Assembly (NCBI GenBank): GCA_964490105.1
Contig: CAZAZU010000001.1
Coordinates: 434,361 to 498,360 of the forward strand
DNA length: 64,000 bases
Direction of reading: 5' to 3'
Origin: an uncultured Gammaproteobacteria bacterium
Lineage (GTDB): Bacteria; Patescibacteriota; Microgenomatia; Levybacterales; UBA12049
Shown here: piece by piece, positions 10,581 to 20,648 of the stretch
Layout of the letters: each line of letters opens with the position of its first letter
Numbering within the stretch: the first letter of the stretch is position 1
Program-made: the position numbers and the translations under genes
The notes under the pieces: generated by a model
Told to the model about the DNA's origin: nothing
What the model saw: only the letters and a program-made list of their open reading frames with translations
Database searches by the model: none

Positions 10581-11957
10581 TTAATAACTTTTATGAACTT
10601 GCATATTCTTTAAGTCATTTGGAGAGATATTATTAAAACTAACTACGCTACTGCAGCTTGGATCAATAATTATCTTTTTCCCTTCGTTAGAGAGTAAATC
10701 TTGTTTATTTAAGAGATAACTTAAGCCCATTACCTCACTCATTTTTGAATCACAAAAATAAACATTAAATTTATTTTCCGGATATTCATCCATTAAAGCA
10801 TTTTTAATCTTAACCGCTTCTCTATTTGAAGATTCAGATACTATTATATTTCTATCTTTATTAAGAATTAGAACAATAAGAAACATACTAAATAGATATG
10901 CAATTGGTTTGATTTTTTTTATTTCTATGCTTTTAAATAATAAAAATCCTGAAAATAAGAAAATAAATATTTGCAAGAAATATAGATAGTAGATTGGTTT
11001 TTGAGAAGGAAAATATCTAAGAAGTATAAAGTTAAAAACAAATGCCAAGATAATCATAAAATGTTTTTTATTTAAAAGCTTTTTATAACTCAAATAGATA
11101 AATAGGATCCCCAACGAAGCAACTATCAACACTGAAATAATTAAATTTAACCCTAAAGTTTCACTTATGAAGTTCGGCCAGAAATCTCTTACATAAAAAA
11201 GCCATCTATTTGCCACATAAACATTTTCCCTAGACTGCGTTAAATAAAAAATGAGACCTTTGAGATTATAAAAATTACTATTCATATCATAAACTGCTAT
11301 TGGTATTAGTGGAATTAAGAATCCCAAAGCGGCTGAAATAATATTCTTTAAACGATCTTTATAAAAGAAAAGGATTAAAATTGGAAATATAATAAATCCT
11401 GCTAATTGAAAATGAATTGTAATCCCGATGGACAAGAATAAAGACATTAAAAAAACATGCACAGACTTTTTTGTATTTAAATATGAAACAAAAAATAAAA
11501 TAACTAACCCGGAAAAAAATGGAATTATACTTGGATTACTTAAAGTTGTAGATAAAACTAATTGAGAGGGTGACAATGCAAAAATTCCGGCTAGTATTAA
11601 TCCAAAGTTTTTATTTTCCAATTTTTCGCCAATTTTATAGGCAACTATTATTGTCAACATGCTCACTACGCTAATAAAAATCCAGGAACCGTAAAATGGA
11701 ATAAACTTTTCAAAAATTATTAACCCCCAGTAATACAACGGACCAAAATTAAAAGGAGCCACAGAAGATGCAGCACCGGTCAAAGGAAATGATAATTTGT
11801 CTGAAAAAAGGGAGGCAACCAAACTATCCCTTGCAGCATCAAAATCAAAACCATATCTATTAGGAAAATTATAAAATCGCAATAAAATCCCAGCGATCAC
11901 TACTCCCGTTAGTATGTAGTTTGATGAAAATTTATTAATAAATTCTTTAATTTTCAA
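10581..11957 (-). CDS. Polytopic membrane protein, family C; putative GT-C glycosyltransferase
   Basis: 458 aa; DFDAARD loop motif after TM1; more than 10 TM segments. Confidence 0.5.
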   Translation of the reverse strand: MKIKEFINKFSSNYILTGVVIAGILLRFYNFPNRYGFDFDAARDSLVASLFSDKLSFPLTGAASSVAPFNFGPLYYWGLIIFEKFIPFYGSWIFISVVSMLTIIVAYKIGEKLENKNFGLILAGIFALSPSQLVLSTTLSNPSIIPFFSGLVILFFVSYLNTKKSVHVFLMSLFLSIGITIHFQLAGFIIFPILILFFYKDRLKNIISAALGFLIPLIPIAVYDMNSNFYNLKGLIFYLTQSRENVYVANRWLFYVRDFWPNFISETLGLNLIISVLIVASLGILFIYLSYKKLLNKKHFMIILAFVFNFILLRYFPSQKPIYYLYFLQIFIFLFSGFLLFKSIEIKKIKPIAYLFSMFLIVLILNKDRNIIVSESSNREAVKIKNALMDEYPENKFNVYFCDSKMSEVMGLSYLLNKQDLLSNEGKKIIIDPSCSSVVSFNNISPNDLKNMQVHKSY

Positions 11958-12808
11958 TTAGATAACAGATATTTTATGAATGAAATCGGAAATCTAAGGG
12001 AGGAAAAAAATGAAAACACAAACCCCTGCCATGAATCCATAAACCCCTTATGTCTTATAAATGTTAACAAAAACCAATAAATTGGCTTTATTATCAAGTA
12101 ATTAAAGGCCGTGAGGGGATTTTTGGATAATTTTTGTTCTCTGAATTGCTTAGCCATAAGGGAAGTATATCTGCTATTTCTCTTTAAGTATTTAGAAAAA
12201 GTTGGAGAATCATAGTGGAGTAGATTTTCTTTTAACCAACCGACTCTTCCGGAAACGTCATACTGCTCATGCACATCCATCTGAGGGAGTCTGGCCTTAT
12301 TTTTTCTAAATAATCTTATAACTCCATCTGGATATACTCCTCCATATTTTAGAAATCTTCCAAGAAAATAATTAGACCTTGCTATAAAAAAAGCGTTATA
12401 TTCGCCAGTCTCCTCACCGATTTGACCATCTCTTGCTTTTAATATGTCTTGATGCCTTCTGAATAACTCAGGGATATTCTTTTCATATTCCCCTATTTCC
12501 TCATTTGACATCTTTATAACTTTTTCAATTTCATCTGAAAGTTTTTTACTTACGACCTCATCTGCGTCTAATTGAAGCACCCAGTCACCTGATGAAGCGT
12601 CAATTGCTTTCTGTTTATTAATATGAAAAATTGGAGGATTTGTTGTGACTATTATCTTTGCGTTAAATTTTGCGGCAATCTCTACGGTCCTGTCCGTTGA
12701 TGACCCATCGACGATCACAATCTCATCCGCAATTTCTTTTATAGAATTTAAACATTTCTCAATGTTTTTTTCTTCTTTAAATGTCGCGATGGCTACTGAT
12801 AATTTCAT
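11954..12808 (-). CDS. GT2 glycosyltransferase
   Basis: LSVAIATFKEEKNIEKCL, IVIVDGSSTDRT and the LQLDADE DXD motif; same GT2 subfamily as 29424-30170 and 31081-31986. Confidence 0.85.
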   Translation of the reverse strand: MKLSVAIATFKEEKNIEKCLNSIKEIADEIVIVDGSSTDRTVEIAAKFNAKIIVTTNPPIFHINKQKAIDASSGDWVLQLDADEVVSKKLSDEIEKVIKMSNEEIGEYEKNIPELFRRHQDILKARDGQIGEETGEYNAFFIARSNYFLGRFLKYGGVYPDGVIRLFRKNKARLPQMDVHEQYDVSGRVGWLKENLLHYDSPTFSKYLKRNSRYTSLMAKQFREQKLSKNPLTAFNYLIIKPIYWFLLTFIRHKGFMDSWQGFVFSFFSSLRFPISFIKYLLSN

Positions 12809-14484
12809 TTATTAATCGGGATTTTACGCCTAAATAAGAATAGCACAGATATGACGATAACAGAAAATATAGAAACAACCTTTCCTACTCTTCTTACCCG
12901 TGTATCTTCAAATTTAAGCTCTATAGTGTGTTCTCCTTGGGGAACCTGGTATGTGATTACACCTCGCTGATTTGGATCTTGAAACTCTATGGGAGCTTTA
13001 TTACCGTCAATGTATAGATTCCATCCTGGGAAGTAGAATGTGTAGTCTACCATCTTTAGCGTGGTGTCTGCTTTTATTTTATAGACTCTGGATGAATTGT
13101 TTACTTTCTTATCTATAACTACTCCCGTTCCTTCAAGTATTTCTGTTTTTTCAGTTTTTACCGGATAATCTTCACTCTTCCCTGTCCAGATTGGGTTCAT
13201 AACGATTGCATGAAGATTAAGATTTGTGAATGAATAATAACTATCTGGAAATTTTACGTAATTTTTACCATAAATCTCTGGCATTCTTAATACACAAATT
13301 AAAATAATAAAACATAAAATTAATGCCCTGCTGTTTATCCTATCCAAAATCACTGCAGCAATTATAGGAGGCAAAAAAATCAGAACTGAGAGTAATCTCC
13401 AGGGGAATTGGATATTTCCCAAAAAATTAATATTTTCATATATCGGTTTTGAAAAAGAAGTAGTAAGAAAAATTATTCCAGCACTAGTAAGAATTGCGAA
13501 AACAAGCATGGAATTATTTTTTAATTTTATTTTTCTTACTTTAATTAATAGAACAAAAATTATTCCTAATAAAATGATTAGTGTTTCCAGTAAACCAAAG
13601 TTAACTACAAAACCTCTGGGTAAAATATTAATTTGAGTGAAGTAATACCATTTGGTGTCTATGTAATTTGATAATGATAAAAAATTTCCCGGAGTTAGGT
13701 GATTACTTGAAGTACCATAATAAAAATATTTTATTTCTAAAAAAAGTGGAAGTATAAAGTAACCCGATATTCCTAATCCTAGTAAAGAAATTATTGCCAA
13801 ACTTAATATCTCTCTTAATGCCTTAAATTTAAAAAGCTTATTTTCGTAAATTAAAAATAAAAAGTATGGACCAGCTAGAAACGAGCCAATTACTAACATA
13901 AATGGATGAGTTAGAGAAATTAATGCTATGGAAATTCCAACTAAAAAATATCCATAAATATTCTTTTTTTGAATTGCTAAATACATTCCTATTAAAAGTA
14001 AGGGCATAAATACCGCAGCGAAAAATTCAGGAAGTGCACCCCTAATATAAATATTTAAAATTCTGTATGTAGAAAGATGAAAAAGAAGCGCTGCTGATAA
14101 AGAAACAGTTTCAGTAAAATAAATTCTTAGAAAGAAATAGAAAAAAAAGAATGACAAGAAAAAACCTAAAAAAGCTACTAGATTAAATGCGATCACCGGA
14201 TCAGAAACAAAAAATTCAAAAAAGGCTGTAAGATAAGTAGTTAACTGATGCGCAATAACTCCAAGAGGTAGTCCGTAATTCGCAAATCCATCCACCCAAC
14301 TTACTGGAAATTCCCCGCCTGCAATAGTTTTATAAAATAAATTAGGAGTTAGTGTGTGGACAATTCCATCCATGTTTGAAGATCTAACTGGGGTTATGAA
14401 CCAATCAATAACAGTAAGAATTGAAACAAATAAAATTATAAACCCAGCAAATAAATCTAGCTTAAATTGCCTAATTAGTTTCAT
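12805..14484 (-). CDS. Polytopic membrane protein, family A
   Basis: 559 aa; NIYIRGALPE and QFPWRLLSV motifs. The C-terminal 103 aa are identical to those of 14471-16168. Confidence 0.55.
   Translation of the reverse strand: MKLIRQFKLDLFAGFIILFVSILTVIDWFITPVRSSNMDGIVHTLTPNLFYKTIAGGEFPVSWVDGFANYGLPLGVIAHQLTTYLTAFFEFFVSDPVIAFNLVAFLGFFLSFFFFYFFLRIYFTETVSLSAALLFHLSTYRILNIYIRGALPEFFAAVFMPLLLIGMYLAIQKKNIYGYFLVGISIALISLTHPFMLVIGSFLAGPYFLFLIYENKLFKFKALREILSLAIISLLGLGISGYFILPLFLEIKYFYYGTSSNHLTPGNFLSLSNYIDTKWYYFTQINILPRGFVVNFGLLETLIILLGIIFVLLIKVRKIKLKNNSMLVFAILTSAGIIFLTTSFSKPIYENINFLGNIQFPWRLLSVLIFLPPIIAAVILDRINSRALILCFIILICVLRMPEIYGKNYVKFPDSYYSFTNLNLHAIVMNPIWTGKSEDYPVKTEKTEILEGTGVVIDKKVNNSSRVYKIKADTTLKMVDYTFYFPGWNLYIDGNKAPIEFQDPNQRGVITYQVPQGEHTIELKFEDTRVRRVGKVVSIFSVIVISVLFLFRRKIPINK
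12892..13202. repeat. 311-bp direct repeat, copy 1 (310/311 identical to 14579-14889)
   Basis: Direct comparison of the nucleotide strings shows a single synonymous A/G difference; the repeat covers the C-terminal domain codons of two tandem paralogues. Confidence 0.9.
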
Positions 14485-16168
14485 TTTTTAATTTAAAAAT
14501 TTTAAATATTTTATTTCTAAAAACGAATAATAAAATAAATACTATTAGTGACGTTAAAGACAGAATTTTGGCATATTCTCTTACCCGTGTATCTTCAAAT
14601 TTAAGCTCTATGGTGTGTTCTCCTTGGGGAACCTGGTATGTGATTACACCTCGCTGATTTGGATCTTGAAACTCTATGGGAGCTTTATTACCGTCAATGT
14701 ATAGATTCCATCCTGGGAAGTAGAATGTGTAGTCTACCATCTTTAGCGTGGTGTCTGCTTTTATTTTATAGACTCTGGATGAATTGTTTACTTTCTTATC
14801 TATAACTACTCCCGTTCCTTCAAGTATTTCTGTTTTTTCAGTTTTTACCGGATAATCTTCACTCTTCCCTGTCCAGATTGGGTTCATAAGAACTGAATGT
14901 GGATTATAAATCGATGAGTAATAAATTTCCGTTGGATATTTAATATAATTTTTCCCGTAAAGCTGTGGGAACTGAAGAACAATAATTAAAGCTACAAAAA
15001 TAAAAATAAAAATATTTTTATTTAATTTAGTAAGAAAAGCTGCATAAATAATGGGTGGGATAAAAATAAATGCTGACAAAATTCTCCAAGGAAATTGAAT
15101 ATTACTTAAAATATTTATTTTTTCATAAAAAATATTTGAAAAAGGTGAGATGAAAAAAAGAATTAATATAGATATTAATACCCCAAATTCCAAAATTCCA
15201 AAAGCCCTATCTTTCTTAATCCATTTAAACAAAATTAACCCTATACCAATTAATATTGATGCTGCTTCAATTATTCCTGGAAAAATGATATGACCTCTTG
15301 GAAATATTTCTGAATTTGTAAAATATTTCCAATCAAATTTTAAATAATCTGCTATTCCTAAAAATGAATTTGGCGTTAAATGATTTCCAATTCCATAATA
15401 AAAATATTTTATTTCTAAATTTAGAGGCAATAAATAATAGCTGGCAAGTCCTATTCCTAAAATTGAAAATATTCCAACAAAAATGATATCTTTAATTTGA
15501 TTAATAGAAATTAAACCTTTGAATTCTTTCTTGTCCTGAATTAATAGAAAAAATAAGTATGGCAAATATATAAATGAATAAATCAAAAGCATCATCGGAT
15601 GATTTAATGCCAGGAGAAACAACGAAAATGATGTGATGAAAAGTCCGATTATTTTTCTTTTCTTAATAAATAAATATAGCCCGATTAAAATTAATGGTAG
15701 AAAAGTGGCGGCAAATATTTCCGGCATGGCGCCTCTTATATAAAAGTTTATTATTTTATAAGATGTTAATGTATATAAAACTGTTGAAGCAAAAGAAGGC
15801 AAAGATCTAAAATACAATCGTAATAAACCGTAAAAAGTCAAAGAAGATAGACTTATTCCAAAAAATGAGATTAGCTTATATGCATTTTCTGGACTGAAAC
15901 CAGTGAAAATAAAAGCTGCTCCAAGATAATTTGTTAACTGATGAGCAACAAGCCCCATAGGAAGTCCATAATTCCCTATTCCATTATTCCAAACCACCGG
16001 AAAATCCCCGCCTTTTAGAGCTAGAAAAAATTGCGCCATATTGGTAATATGATATGGAGCATCAAAAGAGGCTAAGCGCGCTGAAGTTAAAAATAAGTCA
16101 AATACGAAAAAAACTGATAGAATAATAATGGCGACTGAACCAAAAATATCGGCTCTTGATAACCTCAC
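14471..16168 (-). CDS. Polytopic membrane protein, family A
   Basis: 565 aa; NFYIRGAMPE and QFPWRILSA motifs; apparent GTG start. Confidence 0.55.
   Translation of the reverse strand: MRLSRADIFGSVAIIILSVFFVFDLFLTSARLASFDAPYHITNMAQFFLALKGGDFPVVWNNGIGNYGLPMGLVAHQLTNYLGAAFIFTGFSPENAYKLISFFGISLSSLTFYGLLRLYFRSLPSFASTVLYTLTSYKIINFYIRGAMPEIFAATFLPLILIGLYLFIKKRKIIGLFITSFSLFLLALNHPMMLLIYSFIYLPYLFFLLIQDKKEFKGLISINQIKDIIFVGIFSILGIGLASYYLLPLNLEIKYFYYGIGNHLTPNSFLGIADYLKFDWKYFTNSEIFPRGHIIFPGIIEAASILIGIGLILFKWIKKDRAFGILEFGVLISILILFFISPFSNIFYEKINILSNIQFPWRILSAFIFIPPIIYAAFLTKLNKNIFIFIFVALIIVLQFPQLYGKNYIKYPTEIYYSSIYNPHSVLMNPIWTGKSEDYPVKTEKTEILEGTGVVIDKKVNNSSRVYKIKADTTLKMVDYTFYFPGWNLYIDGNKAPIEFQDPNQRGVITYQVPQGEHTIELKFEDTRVREYAKILSLTSLIVFILLFVFRNKIFKIFKLKNETN
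14579..14889. repeat. 311-bp direct repeat, copy 2
   Basis: Identical to 12892-13202 except for one transition. Confidence 0.9.
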
Positions 16169-16187
16169 AAGGTTATTATAGAAAGAA

Positions 16188-16781
16188 ATGAATAAAAAAC
16201 AAAGTATCTTTCTAAAGTTACATAATCCAGTATATTTTCTAGCTCTATTAATGATCTTAATTACGATTTGCTTCGTAATTTTTACACCTCGTGTTTCAGC
16301 GTTACTATTTTCACCAAAAAGAGAAATGACATTAAATTCATTTTTAGATAAAACAAAACAAGAACAAAAAATAAATCCTCAAGAGTTTTGGAAATTTAGA
16401 GAATTTTATTCACCGGGTTATTTTGAACTAATGGATCAAGGCCTAGAAAATTCTGAAGTAAATTCGGCAATTAATGAAATTGGCCTAGAGCCAAAGGGCG
16501 TCGCATTCACTTCCCTGTTCAAATCAAAACATTCCATTAGCCTGGATGGATTAACCGAAAATGAATCACTAAGTGAAATTATCGATTTAAATTCAATTCA
16601 AAATATTGCGTTTCAAAACGAACATTCTATGATATTTACAAATAACAATAAAACAATCATGTTTTTTTTACTTCCAATTTCAGAAATGAAAAAAGCAAAT
16701 GGATTTTTTGAATATGATGGAAAAGACAAAGAATTATTAGAAAACAAATACTGGTTTAATATAACCAAAATAGAAAGATAA
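16188..16781 (+). CDS. Hypothetical protein with an N-terminal TM anchor
   Basis: 197 aa, one N-terminal hydrophobic helix and a soluble remainder. The start lies 19 bp from the divergent upstream gene. Confidence 0.4.
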   Translation: MNKKQSIFLKLHNPVYFLALLMILITICFVIFTPRVSALLFSPKREMTLNSFLDKTKQEQKINPQEFWKFREFYSPGYFELMDQGLENSEVNSAINEIGLEPKGVAFTSLFKSKHSISLDGLTENESLSEIIDLNSIQNIAFQNEHSMIFTNNNKTIMFFLLPISEMKKANGFFEYDGKDKELLENKYWFNITKIER

Positions 16782-17359
16782 TGAAGTTTTCTAAGAAGAT
16801 CTTATTGGTTTACGTTTTATATCTTCTCTCAACATCTCTTATTTTCCTAAACACTAATTCCTGGGAAATAAAAAATAAACCGCTAAAACTTTTCTTTCTG
16901 GATAGCGATATAAGCTACAAAATCGTAAGTTCACTTGCACTTGATCCAAATACCGGAAGCACATTTATCCCAAGAGCATTTCATAACAAAATTTCGATGA
17001 GCTTTGATACATTCACAAGTTCATTGTTCCAATCAATTGATCCTGTTTTTCTATTCTCACTTTCTAAAGACTCCCCGCTTTACTCTGGACCCACGGACGT
17101 AAAAATGCTTTTTCCGCTTGAACTTCCTTTATTTATTTTGGCAATTATCTATATAGTAAGAAATTGGAAACCTAGAAAAGATAAGTATATTTATTTATTT
17201 CTATTTTTTCTTTTATCGCTTTTAATATCCGGATTTTTTATCCACCCGCTTCATCCTCTGAAGCTTTTTCCGCTAGTTATTGTGACAAGAACACTAATAT
17301 TTTTAGGAATTTCTGATTGGTTTTTAAATCAAAAATGGTCAAAAAAATATTTTTCATAA
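16781..17359 (+). CDS. Hypothetical membrane protein
   Basis: 192 aa, 3-4 hydrophobic segments, ATGA-type overlap with the previous ORF. Confidence 0.4.
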   Translation: MKFSKKILLVYVLYLLSTSLIFLNTNSWEIKNKPLKLFFLDSDISYKIVSSLALDPNTGSTFIPRAFHNKISMSFDTFTSSLFQSIDPVFLFSLSKDSPLYSGPTDVKMLFPLELPLFILAIIYIVRNWKPRKDKYIYLFLFFLLSLLISGFFIHPLHPLKLFPLVIVTRTLIFLGISDWFLNQKWSKKYFS

Positions 17360-18999
17360 TTTTAATAGCGGTAGGCATTTTCTTAAGGTTTTATCAAATA
17401 AACGAAATTCCTGCTGGGCTTTTTATGGATGAAGCCACAATTGCAGTTGATTCGAAATCAATTGCTCAAAATGGATTTGATGAGTACGAAAGAAATTATC
17501 CATTTGCCTTTGAAGCCCTTTCTGATTTCAGACCTCCAGGATATGTCTACTTAACAGCATTAGCATATGAATTTCTAGGACCAACAACCCTAACAGTAAG
17601 AATAGTATCTCTTCTTTCTTCAATCGCAGGAATACTTCTCCTTGGCTATTTCACGAGATTATTATTTCCTAAAAGAGAACTACTTCCGCTTATTTCCATG
17701 GCAGTTCTTGCGATTTCGCCATTCCACATTCATTTTTCTAGAATTGGATACGAAACTATGCTTGCGACAACTCTCATGCTCCTTTATTTCATTTCAATAA
17801 TTCATTTGTTAAAAAAGCCAAACCTAATTTGGATGATTATAGGAATTCTATGTGCAGGAATTAGTCTTTGGACATATCCAGGTGCTAAATTTATCGTGCC
17901 AATTGTAACGCTATCAATATTTTTGCTCGGCCTATTTAATCTAAATTTTGAATTTAAAAGAAAAAATCTAATACTTATTCCGTTAATTTTTCTTACTACC
18001 TGCGCAATCGTTTACATACCTGCACTCCTTAACCCGATTTTTGATAAAAGACCAATTAGCTACCTAAAAGAAGGCACAGATGGCACGCTAATAGGAATTA
18101 TTACAAAAAAACCGCTTCTTATGATAAATTCATGGCTTTATATGTTTGATTTTCAATTCTTATTTAAAAAAGGCGATCTATTTGCTTTTAGACACGGTAC
18201 AAAAGAACAAGGACTATTTCTATCAATATTCGCTATTCCTTTTATCCTAGGCGTTCTTAATGTCATCAGGCGTTATTCAAATAAATCTTTTTCAATTCCA
18301 TTTTTAATCATTCTTACTTTAGTAATAGGCTTCCCATCCGCACTAACTTCAAGCACTCCATACGGAACCAGAATTTTACCAATACTCATTCCTTTTTCTA
18401 TATTTGTAGCATTAGGAATAGATATGTTAATTCAGAAAACTGAAAGAATTAAACCGTTTATAAAAATTCCCTCGTATGCAATTACGATCGTAATCCTCAT
18501 TTTTCAAATTTCTCTTTTTTATCATATTTATTTTGTTCATTTTAAGAAAACTTCTCTCCCGGAATTCCCAAAAGCTTCTCGTGATATGGCTATTTTTATT
18601 AAAGACTTTAGAACGGAAAACAGACAAACACCAATTTATTTTTTAACTGAAAGATCTTGCAGGCAGTGGGCACATGATGATCTTCACTTCTGGTATTTTG
18701 CGGATCTAGATAATACAGAAATGGTTATATGGAACAATAAATTTAGAGAAATTAGATACAAAAATGGCAGTCCTTTCGATAATTATGATGCTACTACCAT
18801 TCCATCGCACACTTTTGAGAACATCCATCTTTATCCGGGCTATGAAGCCGTAGAAAACTCCGAAAAAGATTCACTTATCGTTAGATGCGGCCTTCATCTA
18901 AAAGATATCGATGAAACACGTGAGCAAATAATTAAAGTATTTTATATGTATGAGGATGAAAAAAGAGACGCCTACTATGTTATTACTAGAAAACTTTAA
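17317..18999 (+). CDS. ArnT/PMT-family GT-C glycosyltransferase
   Basis: FLRFYQINEIPAGLFMDEATIAVDS...DFRPPGYVYL...TVRIVSLLSS. The start may be the internal Met at 17335. Confidence 0.78.
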   Translation: MVFKSKMVKKIFFIILIAVGIFLRFYQINEIPAGLFMDEATIAVDSKSIAQNGFDEYERNYPFAFEALSDFRPPGYVYLTALAYEFLGPTTLTVRIVSLLSSIAGILLLGYFTRLLFPKRELLPLISMAVLAISPFHIHFSRIGYETMLATTLMLLYFISIIHLLKKPNLIWMIIGILCAGISLWTYPGAKFIVPIVTLSIFLLGLFNLNFEFKRKNLILIPLIFLTTCAIVYIPALLNPIFDKRPISYLKEGTDGTLIGIITKKPLLMINSWLYMFDFQFLFKKGDLFAFRHGTKEQGLFLSIFAIPFILGVLNVIRRYSNKSFSIPFLIILTLVIGFPSALTSSTPYGTRILPILIPFSIFVALGIDMLIQKTERIKPFIKIPSYAITIVILIFQISLFYHIYFVHFKKTSLPEFPKASRDMAIFIKDFRTENRQTPIYFLTERSCRQWAHDDLHFWYFADLDNTEMVIWNNKFREIRYKNGSPFDNYDATTIPSHTFENIHLYPGYEAVENSEKDSLIVRCGLHLKDIDETREQIIKVFYMYEDEKRDAYYVITRKL

Positions 19000-20648
19000 G
19001 GCTTAGCGATCACTATCGCTGTTTCTCCATTTAAATAATTAATAGTTTTTAAAATTTTCCCGCTCCCTATATCTTCCGCGCGTCCTACAAACAAAGTATT
19101 TTCTAAATTCTGATCATTATTCCAGTCAATTTCCCTAAATTCATATTTACTAAAACTATGATTCCCCACTGTAGTTTTGGCATCCTGAAACTCAAGGGGC
19201 GGATATTTTAGATGAAACAAAAAGAAAATGTATGATTGATCCAAAGGTACCTCATTTGAAATAACAATTTTTTCATAGCCGTTTGCTTGAGATGATACAT
19301 ATTCTACAGCCTCCTTATATCCATATTGCCACTCTTTAGAATAATAATAATTCTGCTGAGAAAAATATTGATTTAAATAAAACAAGAAATTAAACAAAAC
19401 TAATAAAATTCCAAGACCGATTATCAAATATCTGAATGGATCCATTTTTACAAAACTTTTTAACCAAACTAAAAATGAATAAATTCCAAGTGCTGTAAAT
19501 ATTTGATAAGTTGGGAGAAAATTTAAAGTTCTTACTGCGTGCGGAACATCATTTGTAACCGCTGCTGGAATTGGAGAAATTAAAAACCACGAAAAAATAA
19601 ATAGTTTAGCTTTTTTACTGAATTTCCCAAATATTAAAAAATACAAACCTATTAAGATAAATGGTAATTCCCAAAGATATAAAAGCCCCATATTTGGAGC
19701 GTGATGGCGCGGCAAATCTCCTTCTATGAATAACCAATTCGGATTAAAATGTGATAGATAAGCACCAGCACTTTGTCTTAAATAAACCACTCGCCTATTA
19801 TCTAGAACCAAACCAATCAAATCATTATTTTCTTTATCAACTGATACCCTTTCTGCGGTGTGTGAGAAAAATTTATTTTCAGCGATAAAACTTGTGGATC
19901 TTGCCCTGTTAAGACTTTCGGGATTTTTAACCATCGAGAATAAAAGCGGCGCAACGGTTATTAATCCAATAATAACGAATGGGACTAAATATTTTCTTCC
20001 TAGCTCAAGCAATTCTTTTCTAAAAATTATTATTAGACTTAACATGAAAAGCGGAGCAAATATTTTTTCACTTTGATATGCGTAAATTGATAATCCGCTT
20101 ATAATTGCGGAGGCAAACAAAAGATACGGACGCTTTAATCCTTTTATAAATAAATAGGCAGTTAAAATATTTAGAAATACTCCTAGATTTGCTTCAAACG
20201 CCGTACGCGAAAATTGAATATGCCAAGGAGAAATCGCAAGAATAAACGCAGAAAGCAATGCGATTTTTTCATTTTTAAATAATTCTTTAATCAAAAGAAA
20301 TGTAAGTAGAACTGAAATTACTCCAATCGCCATTGAAGGAAATCTAATTGCAAAAGTAGAAACATCAAAAAGTATTACTGATGGAATTGCGAGATAAGCA
20401 TAAAGAGCAGGCTTGTAGTCACCAAATGACTTTAGGGTTGTTGGCAAAAAAATCCCATACTCATCTCTTCCAGTTGTTGCGATAGAATAAGCATTATACG
20501 CAAGAGATGCCTCATCCCAATCTGGACTGATTGGGACACTTCCCAACTGCCAGAATCTCAATGCAAAAGCTAAGAATAGAATAAAAATTAGTATAAATTT
20601 AGTTTTGAACATAAGCTGATAACATAGGCTTACCATCTGGCAAATCAA
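18996..20648 (-). CDS. ArnT/PMT-family GT-C glycosyltransferase (tandem paralogue of 20599-22257)
   Basis: LRFWQLGSVPISPDWDEASLAYNAYSI...FGDYKPALYAYL...AIRFPSMAIG. The start is probably an internal Met near 20612, because the 5' end overlaps the upstream gene. Confidence 0.78.
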   Translation of the reverse strand: MICQMVSLCYQLMFKTKFILIFILFLAFALRFWQLGSVPISPDWDEASLAYNAYSIATTGRDEYGIFLPTTLKSFGDYKPALYAYLAIPSVILFDVSTFAIRFPSMAIGVISVLLTFLLIKELFKNEKIALLSAFILAISPWHIQFSRTAFEANLGVFLNILTAYLFIKGLKRPYLLFASAIISGLSIYAYQSEKIFAPLFMLSLIIIFRKELLELGRKYLVPFVIIGLITVAPLLFSMVKNPESLNRARSTSFIAENKFFSHTAERVSVDKENNDLIGLVLDNRRVVYLRQSAGAYLSHFNPNWLFIEGDLPRHHAPNMGLLYLWELPFILIGLYFLIFGKFSKKAKLFIFSWFLISPIPAAVTNDVPHAVRTLNFLPTYQIFTALGIYSFLVWLKSFVKMDPFRYLIIGLGILLVLFNFLFYLNQYFSQQNYYYSKEWQYGYKEAVEYVSSQANGYEKIVISNEVPLDQSYIFFLFHLKYPPLEFQDAKTTVGNHSFSKYEFREIDWNNDQNLENTLFVGRAEDIGSGKILKTINYLNGETAIVIAKP

